A stretch of DNA of 64,000 nt from Candidatus Nealsonbacteria bacterium (GTDB lineage: Bacteria; Patescibacteriota; Minisyncoccia; Minisyncoccales; RBG-13-42-11): assembly GCA_026396115.1 (NCBI GenBank), contig JAPLXL010000005.1:66967-130966 (forward strand), written 5' to 3'. Each line of letters opens with the position of its first letter. Position 1 is the first letter of the stretch. Below the pieces are notes generated by a model. The model did no database searches. It worked only from the letters and a program-made list of their open reading frames with translations, and was not told the DNA's origin. The translations under genes were made by a program, and so were the position numbers. This document shows, piece after piece, positions 46,793-56,954 of the stretch.

Positions 46793-47116
46793 ATGAAAAT
46801 CCAAAAGATTTTTGCTGCCATCCGAAAGATTTTCGATACTGTTACATACATTACTGTATATCGTATTGTTTCTTTCCTGGGGATAATATTGATGCTTGGT
46901 ATAATTATCAACTCGATCTATTTTAAACACGATGCAACTAAACTTTTTGTTATTTTTTTATCGGCCTTGGACTTATTCGTCATTGTTTCTTTGCTCTTTG
47001 TTGTAAATTCGTTTACCCGAGCCGCAGTGAAGGGTGAAGAAGAGGATTTATCCTCTTTGACTAAGCAACAAGACGAAAAAATAACAGTTTCTCAAAAAGA
47101 GGGGCTCACTAAATAA
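46793..47116 (+). CDS. Hypothetical two-TM protein
   Basis: AAGGAG SD; two hydrophobic segments. Confidence 0.6.
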   Translation: MKIQKIFAAIRKIFDTVTYITVYRIVSFLGIILMLGIIINSIYFKHDATKLFVIFLSALDLFVIVSLLFVVNSFTRAAVKGEEEDLSSLTKQQDEKITVSQKEGLTK

Positions 47117-47173
47117 AGCCCTCTTTTATTTTAAGCGATTGAATTTTGCCGGATTTATTGATAGATTTAAAAT

Positions 47174-48499
47174 ATGGAAAACCAAAACAAAGATCAACCT
47201 CTGGCAGACAGAATAAGACCTTATTCTCTTGATGACTTTTTTGGTCAGGAAGAAATAGTGGGAGAAAAGAAGTTGTTAAGGCAAGCCATAGAATCTGACA
47301 GATTGCCCTCAATGATTTTTTGGGGGCCCCCGGGAAGCGGAAAAACTACTTTGGCTTTTATTATTGCCAAACAAACCAAATCAGAATTTTATCAAACGAG
47401 CGCTGTTTCCTGCGGCTTGAAAGAATTAAAACAAGTAATAGACGAGGCGAAAAACAATGCCAAACTCGGCAAAAAAACAATATTTTTTTTAGACGAAATT
47501 CATCGTTGGAACAAAAGACAGCAAGATTCCCTTTTGCCGTTCGTAGAAAAAGGATTAATTCTTCTTATTGGCGCCACGACAGAAAATCCAAGTTTTGAAG
47601 TGATAAGCCCTTTGCTTTCAAGGTGCCAAGTTTTTGTTTTCAAACCACTTAACAGAAAACATATTTCGAAAATAATCAACAAAGCCCTAAAAAACAAAGA
47701 GAAGGGATTCGGCAACCTAAATATTAAGATTGAAAAAAACATTATTGATATCATAGCTCAAATGAGCAACGGAGACGCCAGAAAAGCTCTTAATGTTATA
47801 GAATACGCTGTCTTAACCTCACCCAACTTTGAATATTTTCAACTATCAAAATCCAAAAAGAACCAGGGCAAAGAGACTTCGTCTCTTCTTCCCCCTCGCT
47901 CCGCTCGGGAGGGCGGAGAAAATGAAATAAAAATCACGGCTGATATTGTAAAAGAATCCTTTCAAAAATCTTACTTGCTTTATGATAAAGGAGGGGAAGA
48001 GCATTATAATATTATTTCCGCCCTTCATAAATCAATAAGAGGATCTGACGCCGATGCTGCTCTTTATTGGTTAGCCAGGATGATTGAAGCAGGAGAAGAT
48101 CCTTTATATATTGCCAGAAGAATTATCCGTTTTGCCTCAGAAGACATAGGTCTGGCTAATTCGCGCGCCTTAGAGCAAGCAGTGGCTGTTTATCAAACAT
48201 GTCATTTTATTGGAGTGCCGGAATGCAATCTGGCATTGGCTCAAGCAGTGGTTTATATGGCAAAATGTAAAAAATCAAATGAGCTCTATGTTGCTTATGA
48301 AAAAGCTGCTCGCGATGTTAAAGAATACGGAAATTTGCCGATTCCTCTGCATCTGCGTAACGCTCCCACTCAATTAATGAAAGATTTAGGATATGGTGAA
48401 GATTACAAATACAGCCCAAATTTTAATTACAAGGAAAAACAGGAATATTTTCCCGAAAAATTAAAGAGAAGGAAATATTTCAAAAACCATAAAGATTAA
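47174..48499 (+). CDS. rarA: Replication-associated recombination protein A (with repeat-derived insertion)
   Basis: PLADRIRP, GPPGSGKTT, DEIHR, ATTENP, ISALHKSIRGSD, ASEDIG, PLHLRNAPT. Confidence 0.95.
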   Translation: MENQNKDQPLADRIRPYSLDDFFGQEEIVGEKKLLRQAIESDRLPSMIFWGPPGSGKTTLAFIIAKQTKSEFYQTSAVSCGLKELKQVIDEAKNNAKLGKKTIFFLDEIHRWNKRQQDSLLPFVEKGLILLIGATTENPSFEVISPLLSRCQVFVFKPLNRKHISKIINKALKNKEKGFGNLNIKIEKNIIDIIAQMSNGDARKALNVIEYAVLTSPNFEYFQLSKSKKNQGKETSSLLPPRSAREGGENEIKITADIVKESFQKSYLLYDKGGEEHYNIISALHKSIRGSDADAALYWLARMIEAGEDPLYIARRIIRFASEDIGLANSRALEQAVAVYQTCHFIGVPECNLALAQAVVYMAKCKKSNELYVAYEKAARDVKEYGNLPIPLHLRNAPTQLMKDLGYGEDYKYSPNFNYKEKQEYFPEKLKRRKYFKNHKD

Positions 48500-48527
48500 A
48501 GCGCTATCAATTGAAAAATTTGAAGAA

Positions 48528-48950
48528 TTGGTAAACGAAGGAATTAAAGCTATCCCTAAGGGGTTTTTGGAAAAATTAGATAATGTAGAGATTATTGTTG
48601 AAGAAACACCTACCCCGGAACAATTAAGAAAACTAAAAATCAGAAAAGGTTCTTTTCTTTTTGGTTTATATGAAGGCGTTCCTCAAACAAAAAGGTGGCG
48701 CTACGGACAGGTTTTACCGGACAAAATAACAATTTTTAAAAATCCAATTGAAAGAGTAGCTCGTTTTAAAGAGTCGGCAAGGGCGAAGAGAACAAGTTCT
48801 CTTCTTCACCTTCGTCCCGCTTCGCGAGACTCGGTAATCAAAGAAATTGTTAAAAATACGGTCTGGCACGAAATTGCTCATCATTTTGGCATGGATGAAA
48901 AAAGAGTAAGACAAGCCGAATCTCACCGAATTGAAAAAATTAATTTGTAA
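48528..48950 (+). CDS. Zincin-like metallopeptidase (with repeat-derived insertion; start uncertain)
   Basis: LFGLYEGVP, LPDKITIF, HEIAHHFG. Confidence 0.88.
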   Translation: MVNEGIKAIPKGFLEKLDNVEIIVEETPTPEQLRKLKIRKGSFLFGLYEGVPQTKRWRYGQVLPDKITIFKNPIERVARFKESARAKRTSSLLHLRPASRDSVIKEIVKNTVWHEIAHHFGMDEKRVRQAESHRIEKINL

Positions 48951-49007
48951 AAGTCGAAGAGAGCTTCACTCTCTTCTTCACCTTCGCTTCCTTCGGAAAC
49001 TCGGTAT

Positions 49008-49862
49008 ATGAAAAAACCTTTAATTTTGGGTTTAATTTTAATAATCCTGGCCGGAGGAATTTGGTTTTTCTGGCCCTTTTTTCAATTAGAACTTTTAGAA
49101 GTTAAAATCGCTCTACCAAAAATTGTAAAATTGGCAGAAAAAGAAATTTCTCTCCCACCGCCTCTTCAAGCAGTAGAAAAAGAAAAACCCGAGGTAATTT
49201 TAACTCAACAAGGTGTAATTGAATGGACAAATATCCAGAGAAAAAAATACGGTCTTTCCGCATTTGAAGAAAATTCAAAGTTAAACGCCATGGCTCAGGC
49301 TAAAGTTGAAGATATGTTCCAAAATCAATATTTTTCCCATTATTCTCTTTTGGGTGAAGGGGTAGGGGATTTGGCAAAAGATTTTGATTACGAATTTCTT
49401 GCTATTGGCGAAAATTTAGCTATGGGTAATTTTGAAAGCGATGAAAATTTAGTTGAGGCCTGGATGGCAAGTCCCGGTCACCGAGAAAATATTCTAAGTC
49501 AAAGCTATCGGGAAATCGGGGTAGCTATTCAAAAGGGCATATTTAACGGAAATTCAGTTTGGCTGGCAGTCCAGCACTTTGGACTTCCGCTTTCAGCCTG
49601 CCCTCAGCCAAGCGAAATAATTAGATTGGAAATTGAAAAAAATCAGCAGGAACTTGAAGAACTTCAAGGATTATTACCGGAAGCTCTGAGCGAGCTGCAA
49701 GCAATGAGACCAAAACGGACAAGTTTTTATCAGCAAAAATTAGAAGAATACAATAATTTAGTGGAGAAATATAATAATCTTTTAGCAGAAAATAAAACGC
49801 TTATTGATCAATATAATGCAGAAATTCAACAATTTAATCAGTGTATTGTTGAGTTAAGATAA
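49008..49862 (+). CDS. CAP/SCP domain membrane-anchored protein
   Basis: YFSH, GENLA, WMASPGHRENIL, EIGV, VQHF. Confidence 0.92.
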   Translation: MKKPLILGLILIILAGGIWFFWPFFQLELLEVKIALPKIVKLAEKEISLPPPLQAVEKEKPEVILTQQGVIEWTNIQRKKYGLSAFEENSKLNAMAQAKVEDMFQNQYFSHYSLLGEGVGDLAKDFDYEFLAIGENLAMGNFESDENLVEAWMASPGHRENILSQSYREIGVAIQKGIFNGNSVWLAVQHFGLPLSACPQPSEIIRLEIEKNQQELEELQGLLPEALSELQAMRPKRTSFYQQKLEEYNNLVEKYNNLLAENKTLIDQYNAEIQQFNQCIVELR

Positions 49863-49983
49863 ACCAGTTATTTACTATTTTTACTCGGCTTTTATCATCT
49901 TTTCGGCCTACTTTAAAACCCGAGGGAAGACATCCCGCGGGTTTTTACTCAACCATCGAGCGTCAGTAAAGAGGGGAGAAGAA

Positions 49984-50553
49984 CTAACGTTCTTCAACCC
50001 TTCTTACATATTCGCCTTTTTCGGTATTTACCTCAATAATATCTCCTTCTTTAATAAAGAGAGGAACATTGATATTGTCTCCTGTTTCCAGCTTTACTGT
50101 TTTTGTGCCGCCTTGGGCTCTGTCACCCTTAACACCCGGAGGCGCTTCAATGACTTTCAATTGAACCTTAATTGGTAGAGAAATATTAATTATCTTACTT
50201 TGAAATTGAACTCCCTCAATAATTTCATTCGGCTTTAAAAAAATAACACTCTCTCCTATGGTTTCTTTCGGTAATTCAAAACGAGCCGAAGAATTATTCT
50301 CTTTAGAAAAGAAAAACTTATCTCGGTGGAAATAGAGAAATTTTACTTTTATTTTTTCAATTTCTGCTATTTCAAACTCTTCGCCGGGATGGAAAGTTTT
50401 GGAAATAACATTGCCGGTAATTAAGTTTTTAATTTTTGTCTGAACAATAGAACTGCCCCTTCCTTTAAAAACAAAAGATGAATCTAAAACCTCGTAGGGC
50501 TGGTCGTCCAAAATAAGTCTTATCCCTTTTTTCAAATCATTGTGCGACAACAT
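49984..50553 (-). CDS. efp: Elongation factor P
   Basis: KGRG, PGVKGD, KTVKLETG..VPLFI..GD.I.VNT..GEY. Confidence 0.95.
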   Translation of the reverse strand: MLSHNDLKKGIRLILDDQPYEVLDSSFVFKGRGSSIVQTKIKNLITGNVISKTFHPGEEFEIAEIEKIKVKFLYFHRDKFFFSKENNSSARFELPKETIGESVIFLKPNEIIEGVQFQSKIINISLPIKVQLKVIEAPPGVKGDRAQGGTKTVKLETGDNINVPLFIKEGDIIEVNTEKGEYVRRVEER

Positions 50554-50603
50554 ATTGTTAATTGTTATTATTCAACTTACGATGTTGAATATGGGATGGT
50601 AAT

Positions 50604-51650
50604 TCACTTCAGTATTGCGCCTATAAAATCCAAGTGACCTCTTATAAAATCTTCGGCTATCATTTCTTTTTTACCTTCCATTTGTAATTTTTCAATAAGC
50701 AAAAAATCTTTTTTACACTGGATGCCAATTTCATTTTGAGGAACGACTAATACCTTACCAATAGGGTATTTAATTTTATCCGGTGACTTAAAAACCCTGG
50801 CTTTTAAAACTTTAATTTTTATTAATTTGCCTTTATTTTCCCAAATTATATAACTGCCCGGCCAAGGATAAAAAGTCCTAATTTCTCTTTCTAATAGTTC
50901 TACCGGTTTTTTCCAATCTATTTTTCCGTCTTTTTTGAATAAAATTTTCGTGAAAGTTACCTGAGCATCATCTTGTTCTTTAGGTTTTATCAGCCCTTTA
51001 ACCCATTTGGGAATAGTTTCTAATAGTAGGTAAGCGCCCAATTGAGCTAATTTATTATGAAGGGTCTCTGCGGTTTCTTGTTCTTTAATTTCTAAGCTTT
51101 TTTGAGAGATGATCGGACCATGATCAATTTTTTCATCCATTAAAATTATTGTCACCCCGGATTTTTTTTCGCCATTTAAAATAGTAAATTGAATTGGTGA
51201 AGGTCCGCGATATTTTGGCAATAATGAAGGATGAATGTTCAAAAAACCAAATTTGGGAATATCTAATATATCTTTCGGGATTATCTGACCATAGGCTGCC
51301 AGAATTCCTAAATCTGGTTTTAAATTTTTAATTTTTAATTTTAAATGGGCGAAGAAGGCTTGCCTTCTTCTTCCCCCTTCGCTATCGCTCGGGAGAGCGA
51401 AGACGGCTTTGCCGTCTTCTTTCGCCTCGCTCCGCTGCCGCGGAACTCGGCTTTCAATTCTTTCTGGCTGTTCAACCGGAATACCATATTTCCGGGCAAC
51501 CACTTTGACCGGTGGGGGAGTTAAAATTTGTTTCCTGCCTACGGGTTTATCGGGCGAGCTAATAACCAAAACGGGCGGGTAGCCGCCTTTGATTAATTCT
51601 TCCAAGATAATAGCGCCAAACTCCGGCGTTCCTATAAAAATTATTTTCAT
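50604..51650 (-). CDS. fmt: Methionyl-tRNA formyltransferase (with 35-aa repeat-derived insertion)
   Basis: IFIGTPEF, PDKPVGR, AAYGQI, NIHPSLLPKYRGPSPIQ. Confidence 0.95.
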   Translation of the reverse strand: MKIIFIGTPEFGAIILEELIKGGYPPVLVISSPDKPVGRKQILTPPPVKVVARKYGIPVEQPERIESRVPRQRSEAKEDGKAVFALPSDSEGGRRRQAFFAHLKLKIKNLKPDLGILAAYGQIIPKDILDIPKFGFLNIHPSLLPKYRGPSPIQFTILNGEKKSGVTIILMDEKIDHGPIISQKSLEIKEQETAETLHNKLAQLGAYLLLETIPKWVKGLIKPKEQDDAQVTFTKILFKKDGKIDWKKPVELLEREIRTFYPWPGSYIIWENKGKLIKIKVLKARVFKSPDKIKYPIGKVLVVPQNEIGIQCKKDFLLIEKLQMEGKKEMIAEDFIRGHLDFIGAILK

Positions 51651-52315
51651 TTGACTATTCTCCATTCTATTTCTTCTTTCTTGCCAGCGAATTCAAGCCA
51701 ATTTCCGCCCTCATCAATAACATACCATTTTCTTTTGGTTTCTGACCAGACCATTAGATTACCCAGAAAATAAGGTTTTTTAACAATTTCTTTTGGTTTT
51801 AATTTGTCCAACTCCAGCCATTTTTTAAATACGGTTTCAATGGCATAATCCAAACCGCGGGAATTTGCCCATTCAGCCACTTTATCAATAGCTTTTTTGG
51901 CTCTTTCAACAGAACCGGCTAATTCCACCAACTCTTTTGCCGGCCGAGTGAATCTCGAATAAACTATCTTTCTTTTTTTGGCATTTCTTTTAAGTTCCGT
52001 CAAAGATACTCCTTTCGTTTCAAAATAATGCGTTATCACCTGTTGGATAGCTGTTTCTTTTTTTAATTCCTCAAAATACTTAATTTTACCTTTATCTAAA
52101 TATTCTTTAACTTTTTCTGATATACTTTTACCAATACCCGAAATTTCTTTAATGCCCGCAAGACCTTTTTCTTTATAAAGCAGAGAAACATCTTTATCTA
52201 AGTTTTCCAAAGATTGCGCCGCTTTCCGGTAGGCGGACGGCTTAAAGATTATCCCTTTTATTTCAAGAAGTTCCGCAATTTCATAAAATATCTTTGCAAT
52301 TTTTTTATTATTCAT
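51647..52315 (-). CDS. PolX-type N-terminal HhH domain fused to an unknown domain
   Basis: NKKIAKIFYEIAELLE..FK..AYRKAA..ISGIGKSISEKV.EYL..G.I; no polymerase catalytic region follows. Confidence 0.8.
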   Translation of the reverse strand: MNNKKIAKIFYEIAELLEIKGIIFKPSAYRKAAQSLENLDKDVSLLYKEKGLAGIKEISGIGKSISEKVKEYLDKGKIKYFEELKKETAIQQVITHYFETKGVSLTELKRNAKKRKIVYSRFTRPAKELVELAGSVERAKKAIDKVAEWANSRGLDYAIETVFKKWLELDKLKPKEIVKKPYFLGNLMVWSETKRKWYVIDEGGNWLEFAGKKEEIEWRIVK

Positions 52316-52868
52316 ATTTTTCAACTGTAAATTTATAAATTATAATTTTTTCTTTTCCGGGATTAATTCCTCCTTTCTGACAAGCAATGGAAATTTGTTG
52401 TTCTATGGTATCAACTTCTTCTAAATCCGGCAGCAAAAGCCCTGATTTAAAGGGAACTCGGTCGTCAAACACCACATCCTCATCGGGATAGGCAAAAGGG
52501 GCTGTTTTTACAATTATACCAAATTTTTTAGGATTCAAGGTTTCCATATCTTTGACTGGTTCGGGATAACTTAAAACATAAACTGTATAAGAAAGGTAGG
52601 GGAGTTCTTCTTCTTTAATTGGCGAAAAACGATAATCTTCAGTAGCGGCAGCCACTGCATTATGAATGATTTCCTCGGCTATATTTATTTTGGTCGGCAA
52701 ATAAGTCCCAATACAGCCCTTCAACTTACCATCTTTTTCAATAGTAACAAAGGTTCCGGATTTTCTCCCGAGAAACTCTTCCGGTAAATCTTTTGGTACT
52801 TCAATAATTTTTCCATCTTTTATGTAATTTTCCACCGCCTTTTTGGCAAGTAAAACGTAAGGGTTCAT
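52308..52868 (-). CDS. amrA: AmmeMemoRadiSam system protein A (AMMECR1 family)
   Basis: GTFVTI..LKGCIGT, DYRF.PI, GLLLP. Confidence 0.9.
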   Translation of the reverse strand: MNPYVLLAKKAVENYIKDGKIIEVPKDLPEEFLGRKSGTFVTIEKDGKLKGCIGTYLPTKINIAEEIIHNAVAAATEDYRFSPIKEEELPYLSYTVYVLSYPEPVKDMETLNPKKFGIIVKTAPFAYPDEDVVFDDRVPFKSGLLLPDLEEVDTIEQQISIACQKGGINPGKEKIIIYKFTVEKYE

Positions 52869-52874
52869 AAAATT

Positions 52875-53249
52875 TTACAATCTATTTTTTTTCAAGTCTT
52901 CGTTAATTTGTATTATCTGTTGTTTAATTCTTTCGGCTTCGTTTTCTACTGTTTCGCCTTCATATTCGCCGGCGTGAGCCGGAGCGCCTTTGTAAATTGG
53001 CCGTTTTTGATCCAAGTGCAAATTAAAAATTAAATTTTCATTTTCCCGAGCGTCAGCGAAGGGGGAAGAAGAAAGTTTACTTTCTTCGCCCTCAATTTTC
53101 AAATAAATATGAAATCTCGGATAACCTTTTGGAGGCCGAGTAAAGATGAACTCTTTCTTTTCTTTATCTTCTTTCTGGAAATGATATCCAATTTTTCTCA
53201 TCAAGCTATAAAGATTTTCGTTAAAAGGCCCCTTTAAGCCAAATTTCAT
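52875..53249 (-). CDS. Hypothetical protein (with repeat-derived insertion)
   Basis: YPRFH..NLHLDQK..HAGEY; insertion GEESKLSSSPFADARE. Confidence 0.75.
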   Translation of the reverse strand: MKFGLKGPFNENLYSLMRKIGYHFQKEDKEKKEFIFTRPPKGYPRFHIYLKIEGEESKLSSSPFADARENENLIFNLHLDQKRPIYKGAPAHAGEYEGETVENEAERIKQQIIQINEDLKKNRL

Positions 53250-53290
53250 ATTATTTTAATTTCTACTAATTTTGGTTCTCTGTCCATTAA

Positions 53291-54655
53291 TTAAAGAACT
53301 GGTAAATATTCTTTTATTTCATAGGGGCTGACTTCCTTTTCATATCTTTTGCCAACTGATTTTTTATATCTTTGCCATTCAATTTCTTTATTTTGAATTA
53401 TTTTTTGAAATATATGAGGAGTCAATGTCTCTTTTATCAATTTGCTCTTTTTAAAAAGATTTAGTGCTTCATTTAAATTTTTTGATAGGGTTTTAATTTT
53501 CTTTTTTTTCATTTCAGTTTTTGTCATTTCATAAATATCTTTTTCCTCGGGTGGAGAAATTTTTAAATTTTCCTTTATTCCTTGAATTCCAGCTGCTTGA
53601 ATTGTGGCCAAAACCAAATAAATATTGCAGGCGGGATCAGACGATCTAAATTCAATTCTGGTGGCAACTTCGGCTTTGGCTAAATGGGCTTCCGGAACTC
53701 TAATGTAAGCTGATCTATTTTTTCTTCCCCAGGCCAAATAAACTGGAGCTTCATAGCCTGGAATCAATCTTTTATAAGAATTTATCCATTGGTTTGGAAT
53801 TAATTGAATTTCTTTCCCGTATTTAATCAAACCCATTAAATATTTTTTTGCTAAATCAGAAAGGGAATCTTTTTTATTTCTAAAAAATAAATTTTTATTC
53901 CCATACCATAATGACAAATGCAAATGCATACCAGAACCATTAACATAAGTAACTGGTTTTGGCATAAAAGAGGCAAAAAGCCCCAATTTTTGGGAAACTC
54001 TTTTTATGACATATTTTGCCAAAATTATTGAATCAGCAATGGTCAGGGCATCCCCATATTGAAGATCAATTTCATGTTGACTAGGAGCAACCTCGTGGTG
54101 ATCACATTCACAGAAAATACCCATTTCTTTTAAATAAAATTGGCTTACCTTTCTAATTTCTCCCCATTTTCCACCATAAAAATAACCACCGTGATCTAAC
54201 AAAATGGGCTCTTTTTCACTTCCAAAAATAAAAAATTCTAATTCTGGACCGGTAAGAAGTCTCCCAAATTTTTTATTTTTCTCTAAAGTTTTCTTTAGAA
54301 TATAGCGAGAATCTCCGGCAAAGTGTTCTCCTTTGGGATTAAAGATGTCGCCAAATACTACTGCCTCTTTCCAAATCACTCCTTGAACATCATAATCCCA
54401 GGGCAAAACTCTAAAAGTCTCTGGATCAGGAACAATAATTAAATCCGATTCCTCAATTCTGGCAAATCCCTCGACTGAACTCCCATCAAAGCCTTTTCCT
54501 ATTCCAAAAGCTGATTTCATTTCTTCCGAAGGAATGGTAAAACTCATTCCTCTCCCCAAAACATCGGAGAAAATTATCCTGACAAATCTAACCAATTTAT
54601 TTTTCTTTAAAAAATCCAAAACCTCTTTTTCACTTTTAAAATTAAAATTTTTCAT
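53291..54655 (-). CDS. glnA: Glutamine synthetase type I
   Basis: FDGSSVEGF, GPELEFF, HHEVAPSQHEI, FMPKP..NGSGMH, NSYKRL.PGYEAP, NRSA.IRVP, RIEFR. Confidence 0.93.
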   Translation of the reverse strand: MKNFNFKSEKEVLDFLKKNKLVRFVRIIFSDVLGRGMSFTIPSEEMKSAFGIGKGFDGSSVEGFARIEESDLIIVPDPETFRVLPWDYDVQGVIWKEAVVFGDIFNPKGEHFAGDSRYILKKTLEKNKKFGRLLTGPELEFFIFGSEKEPILLDHGGYFYGGKWGEIRKVSQFYLKEMGIFCECDHHEVAPSQHEIDLQYGDALTIADSIILAKYVIKRVSQKLGLFASFMPKPVTYVNGSGMHLHLSLWYGNKNLFFRNKKDSLSDLAKKYLMGLIKYGKEIQLIPNQWINSYKRLIPGYEAPVYLAWGRKNRSAYIRVPEAHLAKAEVATRIEFRSSDPACNIYLVLATIQAAGIQGIKENLKISPPEEKDIYEMTKTEMKKKKIKTLSKNLNEALNLFKKSKLIKETLTPHIFQKIIQNKEIEWQRYKKSVGKRYEKEVSPYEIKEYLPVL

Positions 54656-54659
54656 ATTT

Positions 54660-55280
54660 TTACTTTAGTTTAAAGTTTACCACTAAATAGCCGACGCCAA
54701 AGGGACCTTCATAAGATAAAATTTCGGGTTTATAATTTATTCCCGATTCTTCAAGAATCCCTAAAAGAAAACAAAAAGATCGCAAACCGCATTCGCCGGC
54801 CTCAAGATATTTATTATCTAATTTCAAAATGTTTTCGACGTCTTTATTTTTTAAAGATTCGATTAATTCTTTATCAAATTTTGGACCCTCAAGATGAAAG
54901 CCATAGGGACCGTCTTCTTTTAAACAATGCGACAGATCGCCGGAAGCAATAACAGCAATTTTGGATTTTTGATTTTGGATTTTGGATTTATAAACTTTTT
55001 TCCCATCTTCAAAATAAAATTTTGGCTCTTCTAGCCCCATTAAATAAGTTTTTATTTCTCCCTTAAATCCTTGTGCAAGAAAGTGCAAGGGAACGTTAAA
55101 ACCCCAATCGGGATGAGGAGCAGAAATGATGATTGAATCCGGATTTGATTCTTTTAATTTATTACCCAAACTATTTAAACTTTCAATAGTTTTCTTTACT
55201 TGTTTTCTGTCTTTTTCAGAACCAACTGAAGGTAAAATTATTGGCGGGTGTGGGGATATACAAGCAAAAATAATTGGCAT
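54660..55280 (-). CDS. amrB: AmmeMemoRadiSam system protein B (MEMO/LigB-like)
   Basis: SPHPP, IASGDLSH, ECG, SYEGPFGVGY. Confidence 0.85.
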   Translation of the reverse strand: MPIIFACISPHPPIILPSVGSEKDRKQVKKTIESLNSLGNKLKESNPDSIIISAPHPDWGFNVPLHFLAQGFKGEIKTYLMGLEEPKFYFEDGKKVYKSKIQNQKSKIAVIASGDLSHCLKEDGPYGFHLEGPKFDKELIESLKNKDVENILKLDNKYLEAGECGLRSFCFLLGILEESGINYKPEILSYEGPFGVGYLVVNFKLK

Positions 55281-55299
55281 ATTATTTTAAGGCGATGAG

Positions 55300-56343
55300 C
55301 TAAAGCTCATCTTGACGCTTCGCTAATGCTTGCGTTATTAAATTTAAATTTTCTCCGCATTTTGAGCATTTGCCTTGTTTATCATAGCGGGAAATAACAT
55401 AACCCGTTCTATCAATTACCAAGGCATTACATTTCGGGCAGAAAGTGTCTTCTGAAGGAAGACCGGGAACGTTCCCAGTATAGACGTATTTTAAACCTGT
55501 TTCTTTTCCAATTCTATAAGCCATTTCCAGAGTCTCAACCGAGGTCTCCGGTAAGTGCTGTAATTTCCAAGAAATGGCTCCGGAAAACTGGCTGATATGC
55601 CAGGGAGTTTCAGTCCCCAATTCTTCCTTAATAAATTTAGCAATATCTCTAAACATTTCTTTCGAATCTGAAAGAGTAGGAATTACTAAAGTTGTTATTT
55701 CCGTCCAAACTCCGTATTTTTTCATTAATTTGGCGGTATCTAAAACCGGTCTAAGCCGCGCTCCGCAAACCTTTTTATAAAATTCTTCGGAAAAACTTTT
55801 TATATCGATATTAATGGCATCGAGATAGGGGATTACTAATTTGGCTGATTCTTTTGACATAAATCCATTGGAAACAAAATTATTCTTTAAACCTGCTTTT
55901 TTGGCTAACTTCATTGTGTCCAGGGCATACTCCAAAAAGATAACTGGTTCCGTGTAAGTGTAAGAAATGCTCGGTAATTTATTTTTTAAAGCAATTTTAA
56001 CAATCTCTTTTGGCGATAAATCCTCGCCCGGAATTTCTTTTGTCACTTTGAAACCTTGAGAAATGTCACTGTTTTGGCAGTTAGCGCATTTCAAATTGCA
56101 ACCAACCGTAGCAATTGATAATGAATAAGTTCCCGGTAAAAAATGGAAAAACGGCTTTTTTTCGATTGGGTCAATATGTATAGCAACAGTTTTGCCATAA
56201 ACTAATGAATAAAGTTTACCATCAATGTTTTCTCTCACGCCACAAATTCCACGTTTACCCGGCGAAATAACGCAGTAATGAGCACAATTTAAACACTGAA
56301 TTTTCTTATCTTTTAATTTTTTGTATAAATAAGCCTCTTTCAT
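55300..56343 (-). CDS. amrS: AmmeMemoRadiSam radical SAM enzyme
   Basis: DPIEKKPFFHF.PG, GCNLKCANCQN, SYTYTEP, YTGNV. Confidence 0.93.
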   Translation of the reverse strand: MKEAYLYKKLKDKKIQCLNCAHYCVISPGKRGICGVRENIDGKLYSLVYGKTVAIHIDPIEKKPFFHFLPGTYSLSIATVGCNLKCANCQNSDISQGFKVTKEIPGEDLSPKEIVKIALKNKLPSISYTYTEPVIFLEYALDTMKLAKKAGLKNNFVSNGFMSKESAKLVIPYLDAINIDIKSFSEEFYKKVCGARLRPVLDTAKLMKKYGVWTEITTLVIPTLSDSKEMFRDIAKFIKEELGTETPWHISQFSGAISWKLQHLPETSVETLEMAYRIGKETGLKYVYTGNVPGLPSEDTFCPKCNALVIDRTGYVISRYDKQGKCSKCGENLNLITQALAKRQDEL

Positions 56344-56384
56344 GATTCTTTAATTGTAGACCTTTTTATGATAAAATTCAATCG

Positions 56385-56954
56385 ATGAGACACAGAGTAT
56401 TTGTTGCCATAAATTTACCAGAAAATATAAAAAATAAGCTGGCTGAATACCAAGAAAAAATGCCCGATCTGCCGGTTAGATGGACAAAAAAGGAGAATTT
56501 ACATATCACCTTGATGTTTTTAGGCTATTTAATTGATGAAGAACTTTTTGAAGTCTGTAATATTACAAAAGAAATAGCTTCAAAAAATCAATCTTTTTCT
56601 ATAAATTTAAAAAAGATTATTTATGGCCCCCCCAAGAAAATTCCGCCCCGGCTGGTCTGGGTAGAAGGCGAAAAGTCAGAAGAATTGGGAAAATTACAAA
56701 AAGATTTAGAAAATTCTTTTTTGACTTCGCCGGTTAAAGGGTTGGAATCGGAGAGCCGACCTTATACTTCTCATATTAGCTTAGGAAGAATTAAAACCTG
56801 GGAGTTCAAACAGATTGAGCCCGAAGAAAGACCGGAAATTAACGAAGACATTAATTCAAGTTTTGAAGTGAATTCGATTGAAGTAATGGAAAGTCAATTA
56901 AAAAGAACTGGTCCCTATTATACAATTTTAGAATCATGCCCGCTCAAAAGTTAA
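56385..56954 (+). CDS. thpR: RNA 2',3'-cyclic phosphodiesterase (2H family)
   Basis: FVAI, HITL and HISL 2H motifs, S.L...GP.Y. Confidence 0.9.
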   Translation: MRHRVFVAINLPENIKNKLAEYQEKMPDLPVRWTKKENLHITLMFLGYLIDEELFEVCNITKEIASKNQSFSINLKKIIYGPPKKIPPRLVWVEGEKSEELGKLQKDLENSFLTSPVKGLESESRPYTSHISLGRIKTWEFKQIEPEERPEINEDINSSFEVNSIEVMESQLKRTGPYYTILESCPLKS

